DNA of 64,000 nucleotides. Origin: an uncultured delta proteobacterium (GTDB lineage Bacteria > Desulfobacterota > Binatia > Binatales > Binataceae). The DNA lies in the NCBI GenBank assembly GCA_963794325.1, contig CAWCDG010000004.1, positions 1,600,001 through 1,664,000 of the forward strand, written 5' to 3'. The translations under genes were made by a program, and so were the position numbers. The notes below the pieces were generated by a model. That model was not told where the DNA came from and searched no databases. It saw only the letters and a program-made list of their open reading frames with translations. Numbering within the stretch: position 1 is the first letter of the stretch; each line of letters begins with the position of its first letter. This document shows, in pieces, positions 38,585-48,602 of the stretch.

Positions 38585-40527
38585 TCACTGTGCGCGGAGC
38601 CGGTCCAGCGAGAGCTTCGCCATCTGATGTCCCTGGGCAGCCGCCAACTCGTACCACTTCAGAGCTTCGGTGCGATCGATCGGCACTCCCCAGCCGCTCT
38701 CGTACAGCTTTCCGAGATTATATTCCGCGGAAGCATTTCCTTGCGCCGCTGCTCCTTGATACAGCGGGATTGCTGCTGAGTAGTCCTGACTGACGCCCTG
38801 GCCCTGACAGTACATGGTGGCGAGTCTGTTTTGCGCGGCCGCCAGTCCTTGCGCCGCTGCTTGACGATACCAGTTTGCTGCTTCGGCATAGTCCGGCCCG
38901 CCTCCGACCTGGCCGGCTTCGTACATGTAGCCGAGATTGTTTTCAGCTTCGGCATTTCCTTGCGCCGCCGCCTTACGATACCAGGTTGCCGCCTGGTCAA
39001 AGTCGGGACCGGTTCCGACTTGGCCTTTTTCATACATATAACCGAGATTCGCTTCGGCTTGGGCGTCACCCTGCGCCGCCGCCTCTCCGAACCATTTGAG
39101 TGCGGTAGTATGATCGCCCAAGCGCTGGGCGGCGTCGCCAAACGCAATTAGCTGAGGCGCGGTATGGGCCCGAGCCAAATCATTGGAACCGCCGGTCCCA
39201 ATCGATTCAACCATTGTACTTGCGAAGCGGTCTGCCATCGACTGCACGTCGGCGGTAGATCCTTTAAAAATTTTCCCGGAGAGCCTTCTGCGTTGTGCGA
39301 CGTCGTATAGATAAACGGTTAGATCCACCGTCGAGCCATTCGACGCTGACCATTCCCTTGACCAGAAAATCGGCCGCGATTGAACTCCAGGGGCTGAAAT
39401 CGAACTGCCCCAACTCATAAGCCGGACTGCTGCGCATCCTGATGGTAGGACTGTGCACCGATCAGATCGAAGGAACCCAGGTTAAGCAGAGAACGCCGCA
39501 CCACCTCAACAAAGTTCTCGCTCACCCGGCCATCTTCATCGCCGCCACCATTTTTCAATGGCGAAATCGCGATACGGGGGAGGTGCGACACGGACGCCGA
39601 TTCGCGAGCAGGAGCTGGCGGCTCTATCGTCGCGAGTCTCTCAGGAGCAGCAGGCGCTATCGTCGCGAGACTCTTCGGTATCGCAGCAGCCTCGGATTTG
39701 GCTTGCGCGACCGCCTCTGCCGCTTTGCGCTTGCGCTCCTTCTCCGTCTGTGCGGCCTTCTGCGCAGCCTGTGCCTGCTCAGCGACCGCGCGTTTTCGAG
39801 CCGTATCCTCGGCCAGCGCGCGTTCTTTCTGGGCCTGCGCAGCGTTCTCCTCTCGTTGCTGCGCGGCCGCGCTTGCTCTCTCAGCCGCCGCAGTCTGCTC
39901 GGCGACACGTTTGCGGAGCAAATCCTGCTGCGCAACGTAATATCGCGCGCCGAAGAAGGCAGCGGTTCCGACGAGTGCAATCGCCAAAGCCGCAATCGAG
40001 GGAGCGATCCACTTCGGACGCGGTCGGGCGCGGGCGATTATCTCTGGCGGTGTTGCAGCACTAAACTCATCGCGAGCAGGCGGCGACGGTCGCGGCGTCT
40101 CCGAAGCGACACGATCGCTCTCGATACGTTCGAGCCAGAATTTAGCGGAATCCGCAATCCCCTCAAGGTGCCGCTCGAACGGCGGCGTGATCGCGTCGAG
40201 CCAGTGCGGTGTGCCGAGAAAATATTCGAGGTCGCCGGACGGCTTCACATTCTCGACCCGCACCGGAACGACGACGAGGCCCTTGCTGACCGCGCGTTCC
40301 ACTTCGCGGCTTACCTGCGGAGACCCGTTGGCGTGCGACGAAAACAAAAGCAGCATCACGCGTGCGGCGTCAATCGCCTCGACAATCGCGGTGCCCCAGC
40401 TCATGCCGGGACGGATGTCGCGCGGCGCGATCCAGCATCGGATGCCGCGTGATTCGAGCTTCGCGCAGACTCCATCGGCATACGGTTTGTCCCGAGCCGA
40501 ATGGCTTATGAATACGTCGTGAGCCAA
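38585..40527 (-). CDS. TIR - TM - Ala-rich coiled coil - TolB N-terminal-like - Sel1 protein, split by two apparent +1 frameshifts (about 39420 and 39341)
   Basis: ORFs 39415-40527, 39264-39458 and 38585-39418 join to ...QDAQQSG/YELGQFDFSPWSSIAADFLVKGMVSV/NGSTVDLTVYLYDVAQRRRLSGK...; TIR DVFISHS...SREVERA; Sel1 AxxNLGYMYExG. Confidence 0.75.
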
Positions 40528-40769
40528 AGAGCTGGTCTTCTCCCATTCGGCGCTCGAATAGCCGAGAAAGATGTCGTTCCCGTCTTTAACCGTTGGTGTC
40601 TTCTCAAAACTCCAAGGGTAACCGAATGTCTAGACGATTTGACTTAACAATCGCAATAGACTAGCAAGATGGCAATCTTCAATCGTGCTAGCTTCCGTAG
40701 GGCTCGGATCCTAGTGAGGCTGTTGCGGAACCCGCGAGAAAAATTCCGGCCTTACGTTTGGGGGAAGCA

Positions 40770-41228
40770 ATGAACAGAATGGCCGCAATCGTCGCGACAG
40801 CGGCAGTATTGATGTGCTTGTCTTCGTGCGCATTGGTGTTTCACGGAACCAACGAAGATGTAACTGTTACCAGCGATCCTCCCGGTGCTACGGCTACGCT
40901 CAGCACTGGGGAGACGCGCGTGACACCATTCGCGGTGACAGTTCCAAGGAAGCAGAACCTTGAGGTCCACTTCGCTAAACCAGGCTATAATCCGACCGAT
41001 GTTACCGATGAATCGCAGATAGAGGCCGGGTACCTTATAGTTGATATCCTTACCTTCGCATGGCCGTATGACGCAGCTTCCGGCGCTTATTTTTCCCATC
41101 AACAATCTACAATTGAAGCAAAACTAGTCCCCATTGAAACTGGGGCACCTGGCGGGCCGGCGCGCGCAGATTCACAACTGCCGCAAGGAAAAGTATCTAG
41201 CAGCGTTGCGGGCGAAGATACGAACTAG
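40770..41228 (+). CDS. PEGA-domain-like lipoprotein
   Basis: Lipobox LSS-C; VTVTSDPPGA, TP, FAKPGY, YDAASGA. Confidence 0.72.
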   Translation: MNRMAAIVATAAVLMCLSSCALVFHGTNEDVTVTSDPPGATATLSTGETRVTPFAVTVPRKQNLEVHFAKPGYNPTDVTDESQIEAGYLIVDILTFAWPYDAASGAYFSHQQSTIEAKLVPIETGAPGGPARADSQLPQGKVSSSVAGEDTN

Positions 41229-41278
41229 TCGAGAAAAAACCGCAATGAGCACGACGGACTCGTGCGGGGGAATTGCTC

Positions 41279-41962
41279 ATGAGGAATTGCGTGACTGGCC
41301 TAACCGTTAGCACCGCTTCAGCGCTTGTCGCTGCGGTCGCTGGAGCCTTGGCTGCGACAGTGTTCCTTAGCGGATGTGCCTTTACAACCGGGCATGTCAA
41401 TCTCGACTATCAGTCCCAGGTAGCCCCTACGAAATTCGCAGTGGCAAATTCCCCTCACATAAGTGTGGCGGTCACTGACAAGCGCCCCACACAGGTGGTG
41501 GGTCATAAGATCAACGGATACGGAATGAAGACCGCAGAGATCGTATCCGACAGCGATGTTCCTGCAACGGTCAAGAAAGCATTCGACCAGGAGCTGGAAG
41601 CGCGCGGATTCACACCGGGGACGGGCGGCATTCTTGTCGCGGTCAGCCTGAACGATTTCGAGAGTGAATACTCGACTGGCTGGTTTTCGGCGCAAGCCAC
41701 CGCGAATATGGGTATGGACGTGAGCGTTGTGCAGACCGACGGCACAATCACCTTCGAAAAGCATATTACGGGGCATAACGAGGAGTCAGTCATGACCTCG
41801 GGCGAGGGGAACGCGCAGGTAGTCCTCAACGCGGCAATGCGCGATGCTGTTTCCAACGTCTTTGGCGACCCCGCCTTCCTTAACGCTCTAATGGGGCACG
41901 GCCAATCCAGCGATCATAGGTCTGCCTCAGAGAGCTCCATCCATAGTCTCTCAGGAAGCTAG
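41279..41962 (+). CDS. YajG-like lipoprotein
   Basis: Lipobox LSG-C; VAVTDKR, ELEARGF, LNDFESEY. Confidence 0.6.
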   Translation: MRNCVTGLTVSTASALVAAVAGALAATVFLSGCAFTTGHVNLDYQSQVAPTKFAVANSPHISVAVTDKRPTQVVGHKINGYGMKTAEIVSDSDVPATVKKAFDQELEARGFTPGTGGILVAVSLNDFESEYSTGWFSAQATANMGMDVSVVQTDGTITFEKHITGHNEESVMTSGEGNAQVVLNAAMRDAVSNVFGDPAFLNALMGHGQSSDHRSASESSIHSLSGS

Positions 41963-43761
41963 CGAGCCTTCTGGAGCCGCTCCAGACCTTGCTTCGCATC
42001 TGGTTGTCCTTGCGCGGCGGCTTTTTCATACCACCAAAGGGCTATAGCGGTGTCCTCGGCAATACCCCAGCCGTTCTCGTACATAGCACCGATGTTGTTT
42101 TCTGCATCGGCGTTGCCTTGTTGCGCCGATTGGCGGAACCAGTTCACTGCCGCGGAATAGTCTCTGTCTACGCCGAAGCCATTGAGGTACATCAGACCGA
42201 GGTTGTTCTGGGCTGCGGCATTTCCCTGTTCTGCCGCTTTGCGGAACCACTTCACTGCTTGGGAATCGTCTTTCTGTACTCCCCAGCCGTTCGAGTACAT
42301 GACGCCCAAGTTGGCCGCGCCCATTGCGTTGCCCTGTTGCGCCGCTTCGAGGAACCACTTCATTGCGGCGGAATAGTCCCTATCTACGCCGAATCCATTA
42401 AGGTACAAAACGCCTAGATTGACCTCGCCTTTGGCGTTACCCTGTTGCGCTGACTCGCGAAACCACTTCACTGCCTCAGAATTGTCTTTCTGCATGCCCC
42501 AGCCCTCGGAATACATCACGCCGAGGCTAGCTTGGGCCTCGGCGTCACCTGCTGCGGCTGCGTCTTCATAGTCCTTCAGGGCTACACTATAGTTTCGTTC
42601 CTTTAGCGCAGCGCTAGCCGAGGCGACGATAGCGACGTTTTTTTGCCGCGCGGCCTCCTGCTCTTTCTTGCGGGTCTCCGCTTCTGTCTCTTCGCTTACT
42701 GTTGGTTCGCCTTCTGCGCCGGCTTGGACGTGGGTCGACTGCTCATCGTTGCGGGCCTGCGCTTCCGCCGCCTCGCGTGCTTTCGCCTCCGCATCTTTGC
42801 GAGCCTGGACCTCGATTGCTTGTTGACGCTTACGAGCAACTGCATCCGCCTCTTTGCGCTGTTTCGCTTCGGCTTCTTTGCGGAGTCGGGCCTCGGTCTC
42901 CTGTTCGCGCTTGCGAGTTTCAGCTTCGGCCTTTTCCCGCGCTCTCACATCCGCATCATTGAGGCCCTGACTGTTTGCAGTTCCTGGTTCCTTGGCAGTC
43001 GGAGGCTCCTTTTGCGACTCGGTCGCGCGTTTTTGCGGGGCGCGAGCCGTGGCGACGGCCGGCTGGTTGGCTGGTTCTTGCGCCGACTTCTCTAGGGCTT
43101 CGTGGTATTGGAAGCCCAAAAGTACGACAGCAGCGAGCGCGGCCACGGCTAGTACAGCGATCAAGACCTTACGAAGAGTGAACGAGACCGTCGGTGCGGA
43201 AATTACCGCCGCGGGTTCCAGATGAATTACCCTTGGCGAAGAAGGCATCGCACCACCACGGGTCACTCCGGGCGGAACCTGCGACGCAGGCGCTTTAGTA
43301 GATCGTTCGGTTGTTGCCCCGGTCGCCGATGGAGATGCGTTGCCAGAATGGCTCCCCATGCGATCCAGCCAGAACCTCGCGGAGTCGGCAATTTTGTCCA
43401 AGTGCTGTGCGAACGGCGCTGTGATCGCGTCGAGCCAGTGCGGTGTGCCGAGGAAATATTCGAGGTCGCCGGACGGCTTCACGTCCTCGACCCGGACCGG
43501 CATGACGACGACACCCTTGTTCACGGCGCGTTCTACTTCGCGGCTGATCTGCGGAGACCCGTTAGCGTGCGACGAGAACACCAGCAGCATCACGCGCGCG
43601 CCGTCGATCGCTTCGATAATCGCGCTGCCCCAGCTCATGCCGGGGCGGATGTCGCGCGGCGCGATCCAGCATCCGATGCCGCGCGACTCCAGCTTTGCGC
43701 AAATCCGGTCGGCGAAGGGCTTGTCCTTAGCCGCGTGGCTTATGAAGACGTCGTGAGCCAT
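41959..43761 (-). CDS. TIR - TM - charged coiled coil - Sel1 repeat protein
   Basis: TIR DVFISHA...SREVERA...WLDA; TM VLIAVLAVAALAAVVLLGF; E/A/K/R coil; about 5 Sel1 repeats. Confidence 0.9.
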   Translation of the reverse strand: MAHDVFISHAAKDKPFADRICAKLESRGIGCWIAPRDIRPGMSWGSAIIEAIDGARVMLLVFSSHANGSPQISREVERAVNKGVVVMPVRVEDVKPSGDLEYFLGTPHWLDAITAPFAQHLDKIADSARFWLDRMGSHSGNASPSATGATTERSTKAPASQVPPGVTRGGAMPSSPRVIHLEPAAVISAPTVSFTLRKVLIAVLAVAALAAVVLLGFQYHEALEKSAQEPANQPAVATARAPQKRATESQKEPPTAKEPGTANSQGLNDADVRAREKAEAETRKREQETEARLRKEAEAKQRKEADAVARKRQQAIEVQARKDAEAKAREAAEAQARNDEQSTHVQAGAEGEPTVSEETEAETRKKEQEAARQKNVAIVASASAALKERNYSVALKDYEDAAAAGDAEAQASLGVMYSEGWGMQKDNSEAVKWFRESAQQGNAKGEVNLGVLYLNGFGVDRDYSAAMKWFLEAAQQGNAMGAANLGVMYSNGWGVQKDDSQAVKWFRKAAEQGNAAAQNNLGLMYLNGFGVDRDYSAAVNWFRQSAQQGNADAENNIGAMYENGWGIAEDTAIALWWYEKAAAQGQPDAKQGLERLQKAR

Positions 43762-43899
43762 TTCCCCCCTGATTCATGTTGTTTAAATCAGACCGGCGCC
43801 GGAAAACATAGGGCGGCGAATATCGATAGCAGCGCGCGACGAGTCTCGCTCGGAATCACTACCGCACTTGCAGGGAAGCTCTGGTTTAGCGGTACGAAA

Positions 43900-45249
43900 T
43901 CAGCGCCGGGGAATTATGCTCAAAAATTGCTGCAACACCGCGGATTTCTGCTGTTGCTCTTGCAAAGCCTCTTGTTGAGCCTGCTGCTGAGCTTGCTGTT
44001 GTTGCTGGGCTTGCAAGGCTGCTTGTTGCGCCGCCTGTTGTTGCGCCAACTGTTGCTGTCGTTGTTGCTCAAGCGATGCCTGTTGCTGCGCCTGTTCTGC
44101 CCGGGCACGTTCCTGCGCGGCCGCGGCTCCTCGTTCTCTTGCGATTTCGTCCGCTGCTCGCCGGGCTCTAACCTTCGCTTCTTCCGCCCGAGCGCTTGCC
44201 TCCTCGGCCTCTGCCTTCTCTGCTTCGGCTTTCGCCTTCGCTTCTTCCGCGTGTTCCTTGGCTACGAGGTCGGTGCCGATCGAGAAGGATCGGCTTGCGA
44301 GTTCGCGATCGCCTGAGTACAGCGAAAATTTATAAAGCCCGGGCTTTTGCGCTATCGAATCTGAAAGTGGGATGACACCCGCGACTGACGCGTCGCCATC
44401 CGCGGATTTGGTGACCCGGCGAACACCTCCCGCAGCGATCTGGAGTCCTGCGGGATCGTAGATTCGTGCTTCGATTGGCGAGTCAGCCGAAGCGCTGGCA
44501 GCCCATGCCAGGTTTGGGGCCGCGCGCAATTGAGTATCAAGGAACGATCCCTGGTCTTGCGTCAGCGGAACTCCGTCGGCGGATGCCAATTGGAGGCGGA
44601 TCGCCGCATCGAGATGCTGTTCCTTGGCGCCGCGTGAGATCGAGTAGAAATGCCCGGCCAAGAAGCCAACAGCTATCAGGACGCTCAGGGCGCCGGCGAA
44701 CGCAAACATTCGCGTGAGCTTGCCGCTCCAACCCGGCCCCGCGCTCAGCGCCTTCATCCGCTTGTCTGCGATCCTCGCCGCTTTGCGATCGACCTCAGGC
44801 TCGATTCCGTAGGACGTCGCGGCGGGTCTGGCCAAGTTCGCAGAGGTCGCTCGGGTCATGCGTTGGAGTGCCTGCGCGAGCTCCTCAAAATGACTCTCGA
44901 TCCGACCCTCTGAGGCATCCAGCCATTGGCTGCTGCTCACGAAATATTCCAACGAGGCAGACAGCGGGACAGATTCGACGCGGAACGGCAGAACGGGAAT
45001 ATTACGGCTTACGGCTCGCTCCACTTCGCGCGGAACGTGAACCGATTTGTTGGACAGCGCGGAGACGATCACGATCATCGCGTGCGCCTCCGTGATTCCT
45101 TCCATGATCGATCTGGCATAGTCGGCGCCGAGCGGTACGTCGCGAGGCGCTATCCAGCATTGGATGTTGCGAGCCTCCAGATCTTTGCAGATAGCCTCGG
45201 CGCATGGTTTGTCATGCGAGGCGTAGCTGATGAAGACATGTTGGGCCAT
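43900..45249 (-). CDS. TIR - TM - unknown periplasmic domain - Ala/Gln-rich tail protein
   Basis: TIR HVFISYAS...CWIAPRD...PREVERA...QWLDA; TM FAFAGALSVLIAVGFLAG; PGLYKFSLY; QQQ-rich C-terminus. Confidence 0.85.
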   Translation of the reverse strand: MAQHVFISYASHDKPCAEAICKDLEARNIQCWIAPRDVPLGADYARSIMEGITEAHAMIVIVSALSNKSVHVPREVERAVSRNIPVLPFRVESVPLSASLEYFVSSSQWLDASEGRIESHFEELAQALQRMTRATSANLARPAATSYGIEPEVDRKAARIADKRMKALSAGPGWSGKLTRMFAFAGALSVLIAVGFLAGHFYSISRGAKEQHLDAAIRLQLASADGVPLTQDQGSFLDTQLRAAPNLAWAASASADSPIEARIYDPAGLQIAAGGVRRVTKSADGDASVAGVIPLSDSIAQKPGLYKFSLYSGDRELASRSFSIGTDLVAKEHAEEAKAKAEAEKAEAEEASARAEEAKVRARRAADEIARERGAAAAQERARAEQAQQQASLEQQRQQQLAQQQAAQQAALQAQQQQQAQQQAQQEALQEQQQKSAVLQQFLSIIPRR

Positions 45250-45602
45250 GGCGCCGCTGTGACTCCCTTGCCGGCTCGGTTAGGTCAGCGCTGATCGCGA
45301 TCTGAGGAAGCAATTCGACAAAATCGGCACGTCCCCTTTTTCGGCGGTTGCTCGTCCCACTGCAAGTGAACAGGGACGCTGATTCGCCCCCATTGTCCGA
45401 AATTCACCTGAGCATATCGCCCAGCGAAGTTAAGTCAAGGCGTAGCCTACGTAAGAGTTTCGCTAGTGAATTTACAAGACGACAATTTGATATAGAGCCC
45501 CTTAGTCGGGATTTGCAGGGGAAAGCTCTGGCTAGTGGAGGTTCACCGAGCAGGCTGCTTCGTGGATCTTCGAACAGCGATCTCGCTTACAATCCAGGAA
45601 AA

Positions 45603-45960
45603 TGGTGGAGGCGGGGGGAATTGAACCCCCGTCCGAAGGCCTTCCGGCGACGGCCACTACACGCTTAGTCTGCGAATTTTAGCTCGCGTCCGGAACGCCC
45701 ACAGACGGGCTTTTCGTACGCCAGCCGGCTGAAATTTCGGTAAGCCGCCCAGCCGGTGAACTGCGGTTCCCTAGCCCACTAAATGACGCCCCGACCCGCT
45801 GCCATGGGCGAACAGCGGCGGGACGCTAGCGGCCCTTAGGCCGCCAGAGCGTAACCGTTATTGTCTGCGGGTAAATTTCGCAGTCTGCCAGTTTTACGGG
45901 TCGACAGCACCCGGCGTGCGACCATGGCCATGTTGTCTTCGTCGAATCCAGTTCGCCCCC
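45603..45960 (-). ncRNA. ssrA: tmRNA; tag reading frame ADNNGYALAA* at 45868-45836
   Basis: 5' GGGGGCGAACTGGATTCGAC; 3' GGTTCAATTCCCCCCGCCTCCACCA; tag ending YALAA; divergent from smpB. Confidence 0.95.
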
Positions 45961-46099
45961 ACGATAGTGGGTTTTCCATACGAGGCCAGTCAGAGGTCGA
46001 AACGGTTACATCTCTAATCTAAGGCCCAGCGGCCGCGTTCGCAACCACTCCTCGCGCCCCCTTATCCACGTCGCCATATGCGGATAAACTCAGCCTGAT

Positions 46100-46598
46100 A
46101 TGGTTCGCGATTCTCAAACGCGCAACGGTAAACCGTCCGCCGACGGATTCGACCTGGTGGTCGATAACCGCAAGGCCCGCCACGACTTCTTCATCGAGGA
46201 AACGCTCGAGGCCGGCCTCGCGCTCACCGGCACCGAGGTCAAATCGCTGCGGGCGCATCGCGCAAATCTTCGCGACAGTTACGCGCGCATCAAGAACGGC
46301 GAGGCGTTCCTCGAGAGCGTCCATATCGGCGCCTACGCTCCCGCCGGCCAGTTCAGCCACAAGGAAACTCGCCCGCGAAAACTCCTGATGCATCGCCGCG
46401 AGATCGATAAGCTCTGGGGCCGCGTGCGCGAGAAGGGCTACTCGATCGTCCCACTTGAAAATTTATTTCAAAAACGGACGCGCCAAGGTCGAACTCGGCC
46501 TCGCCAAGGGCAAGCACTCGTACGACAAGCGCGACGCGCTCGCGCGCAGAGCGTCGGATCGGGAAATCGAGCGCGCCCTGAAAGGACGCAACCGCTAG
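46100..46598 (+). CDS. smpB: SsrA-binding protein SmpB (apparent +1 frameshift near 46456)
   Basis: [33 protein letters not shown]; removing one T restores [26 protein letters not shown]...RNR*. Confidence 0.92.
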
Positions 46599-47457
46599 AG
46601 AACGTTCTGGCTCTTCGCGAGTTTCCGTAATTCCGCAGCCAGGCTCTGAAAGCTGGTGACGCTCGCCGAGAATTCCCCTGGCGTCGTGCCGATGTTTCCG
46701 AGAACGCTCGCAACGGTATCGTGGAAGCGCGCTGGCTTGATCGCGAATCCTCGTGACTCGGCCATCGCACCTTTCTCATTGAGAAAAAATTTGCGGTTCA
46801 GCGCGTACAGCACGAGCGTCATGAAGCCGGCCGCCCGAAACAGGCATCCGGCGACGTACATCACGTCGGCGCGCGCGGCCGGCTTCGCCGCGATCATAAT
46901 TTCGAATTCCGCATCGAACAGATGCTTCGTCACAAGCCGCGGTCCGAAATTTTTCCGGATACTCGCTGACTCCAGACTTGAGCTGAGCGATCACGCCAGC
47001 CGGATCGAAAAGCGGACGGCAGACGTGAATTTCGCCGGCGTAAATCTGTATGTGAAATCCCAGCGGATGTCCGAGCTGGTGGATGCTGCGCGGGCGACCG
47101 GCGACGCAGTCCTCGATAGCCGCGCGCATCGCGCCAATTTCACGGTAGAGAAAATCAACGTGATTGCCGCGAATCTGGAGCCATCCGCCGCCGTTCACTC
47201 CAGGCCCCCACTCGCCAAACCCAGTCACCAGGTTGTCGCTATGCCGATCGTCCAGCTCCTTCGCTGCCGCTCCCAGAGCCGCCGTCGAGAAGGGATGGGT
47301 GCAGTCGTAATAGATTCCGAGATCGATATCCGACCGCTCGTCGGCAGTTCCACGCGCGCGTGATCCGCCGAGCACGATCGCCAGGATGCCGTCGATCTTC
47401 GACACGCGTGCGACGACTCGACTCGAGTATTTCTTCGATTTCGCGTTGCTCGGCCAT
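46595..47457 (-). CDS. Nucleotidyltransferase-domain (DUF4037-like) protein with two apparent +1 frameshifts
   Basis: [18 protein letters not shown]...LGGSRARG...SDIDLGIYY...[13 protein letters not shown].../[10 protein letters not shown]...[13 protein letters not shown]. Confidence 0.75.
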
Positions 47458-47509
47458 TCGCCGAGCTTAGGTCGTGCGATCGTGTCGAGCAACGCTGCTT
47501 GTGCCGGGA

Positions 47510-47554
47510 AACCTAACCCCTAACCCCTTCCCTGCGCGGGAAGGGGAACCGGAT
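47510..47554. repeat. REP-like intergenic palindrome, family A copy 1
   Basis: AACCTAACCCCTAACCCCTTCCC-TGCGC-GGGAAGGGGAACCGGAT; near-identical copy at 59812-59855. Confidence 0.75.
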
Positions 47555-47567
47555 GTTGGGCGTTCGC

Positions 47568-48581
47568 TCATGTATTTGCTTGAGCCGATGCATCTAGCGA
47601 GCTGGCCGCCGCCGCGCCTAGCAGGGCCTGCAATCTCGCGATGCGCTTACTTAGCGGGGGATGCGTCGAGAACAGGTTGTCGAAGAATCCTTCGCCGTCT
47701 TCTCGCAGACCTTCGCGTGGATTGACGATGAACAGATGGCCGGTGCCTGCGGTGCCAGCTTTCAGCGGCGACTCGATTTTCGCGATGTGCTCCAACGCAC
47801 GCAGCAACGCCCGCGGGTTGCGCGTGAACTCGACCGACGACGCATCAGCAAGATATTCCCGCTGTCTCGATACCGCCATCGCGAGCAATTGCGAAAAAAT
47901 TGGCGCCACCGCAGCCAGGATGATAACCGCAACCGTGATCAGCGCCGCTGCCTGGTTGTCGCGATTGTTACTGCTCCTGCCGCGTCCGCCGAAACCACCC
48001 CAGAACATCCAGCGATACATGAAGTCCGACAGCATCGCGATTCCCCCGACCATGACCGCAATCATCATCATCGTGCGGATGTCGTAATCGGCGACGTGCG
48101 ACATCTCGTGCCCGATGACGCCCTGCAATTCCTCGCGATCCATCTGATCGACCAGTCCCTGCGTGACGCAAATCACCGAATGCGACGGGTCGCGTCCGGT
48201 CGCGAACGCATTGGGCGACGGATCGTCCATGATGTACGGCTTGGGCGCCGGCATTCGCGCCGCGGTCGCCATCTCGTTGATCACGTCGAGCACCATCTGA
48301 TGCTTGGGCGTGTCGGCCGTGAGCGGGCGTCCATGAACCGACAGCAGCACCAGGGACGCGCCGCTAAAGTATGAGACCGTGGATTGCACGCCAGCGAAAA
48401 CCAGCGCCGCTATAGTCAGTACCGGAAAGCCGACCAGGTGTCCGTCGACGATTGCGACGTCATTCGCCGCGATATCGAGGCCGAGCCCGAGCGCTCCGAG
48501 CAGCAACATGAACACGACCACCAGCACCGCGGTCTCGCGGCGATTGGTCGCTTCGAGCGCCCTGAAATTACTTGCCGCCAT
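47568..48581 (-). CDS. htpX: HtpX-like M48 zinc metalloprotease
   Basis: PNAFATG, ELQGVIGHEMSHV, SRQREYLADA, FSTHPP. Confidence 0.9.
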   Translation of the reverse strand: MAASNFRALEATNRRETAVLVVVFMLLLGALGLGLDIAANDVAIVDGHLVGFPVLTIAALVFAGVQSTVSYFSGASLVLLSVHGRPLTADTPKHQMVLDVINEMATAARMPAPKPYIMDDPSPNAFATGRDPSHSVICVTQGLVDQMDREELQGVIGHEMSHVADYDIRTMMMIAVMVGGIAMLSDFMYRWMFWGGFGGRGRSSNNRDNQAAALITVAVIILAAVAPIFSQLLAMAVSRQREYLADASSVEFTRNPRALLRALEHIAKIESPLKAGTAGTGHLFIVNPREGLREDGEGFFDNLFSTHPPLSKRIARLQALLGAAAASSLDASAQANT

Positions 48582-48602
48582 CTCGCGTATGTCGCCGCGT
48601 GC

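Larger units (their letters stand above)
40140..43759 (-). repeat. Duplicated TIR-coding module (about 40140-40525 and 43370-43759)
   Basis: Long identical DNA runs (e.g. GTGATCGCGTCGAGCCAGTGCGGTGTGCCGAG); 23 differences in 135 aa by manual alignment. Confidence 0.85.

Noticed and set aside
43900-44280. CAG/CAA-rich tract as a DNA-level repeat element
   Set aside because: Mixed codons encode a Gln/Ala coiled coil; it is protein low complexity only.
45250-45602. Integrase or att duplication marking the TIR block as an integrated element
   Set aside because: No integrase ORF and no second copy of the tmRNA 3' end found by eye; island status rests only on position and gene content.
45603-45640. 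Stand-alone tRNA gene
   Set aside because: This is the tRNA-like 3' end of tmRNA; the matching 5' end and tag frame are present.
46595-47457. Nucleotidyltransferase as a CBASS cyclase or toxin-antitoxin part of the TIR system
   Set aside because: It lies beyond ssrA-smpB, resembles the common DUF4037-type family and has no partner effector or HEPN gene.
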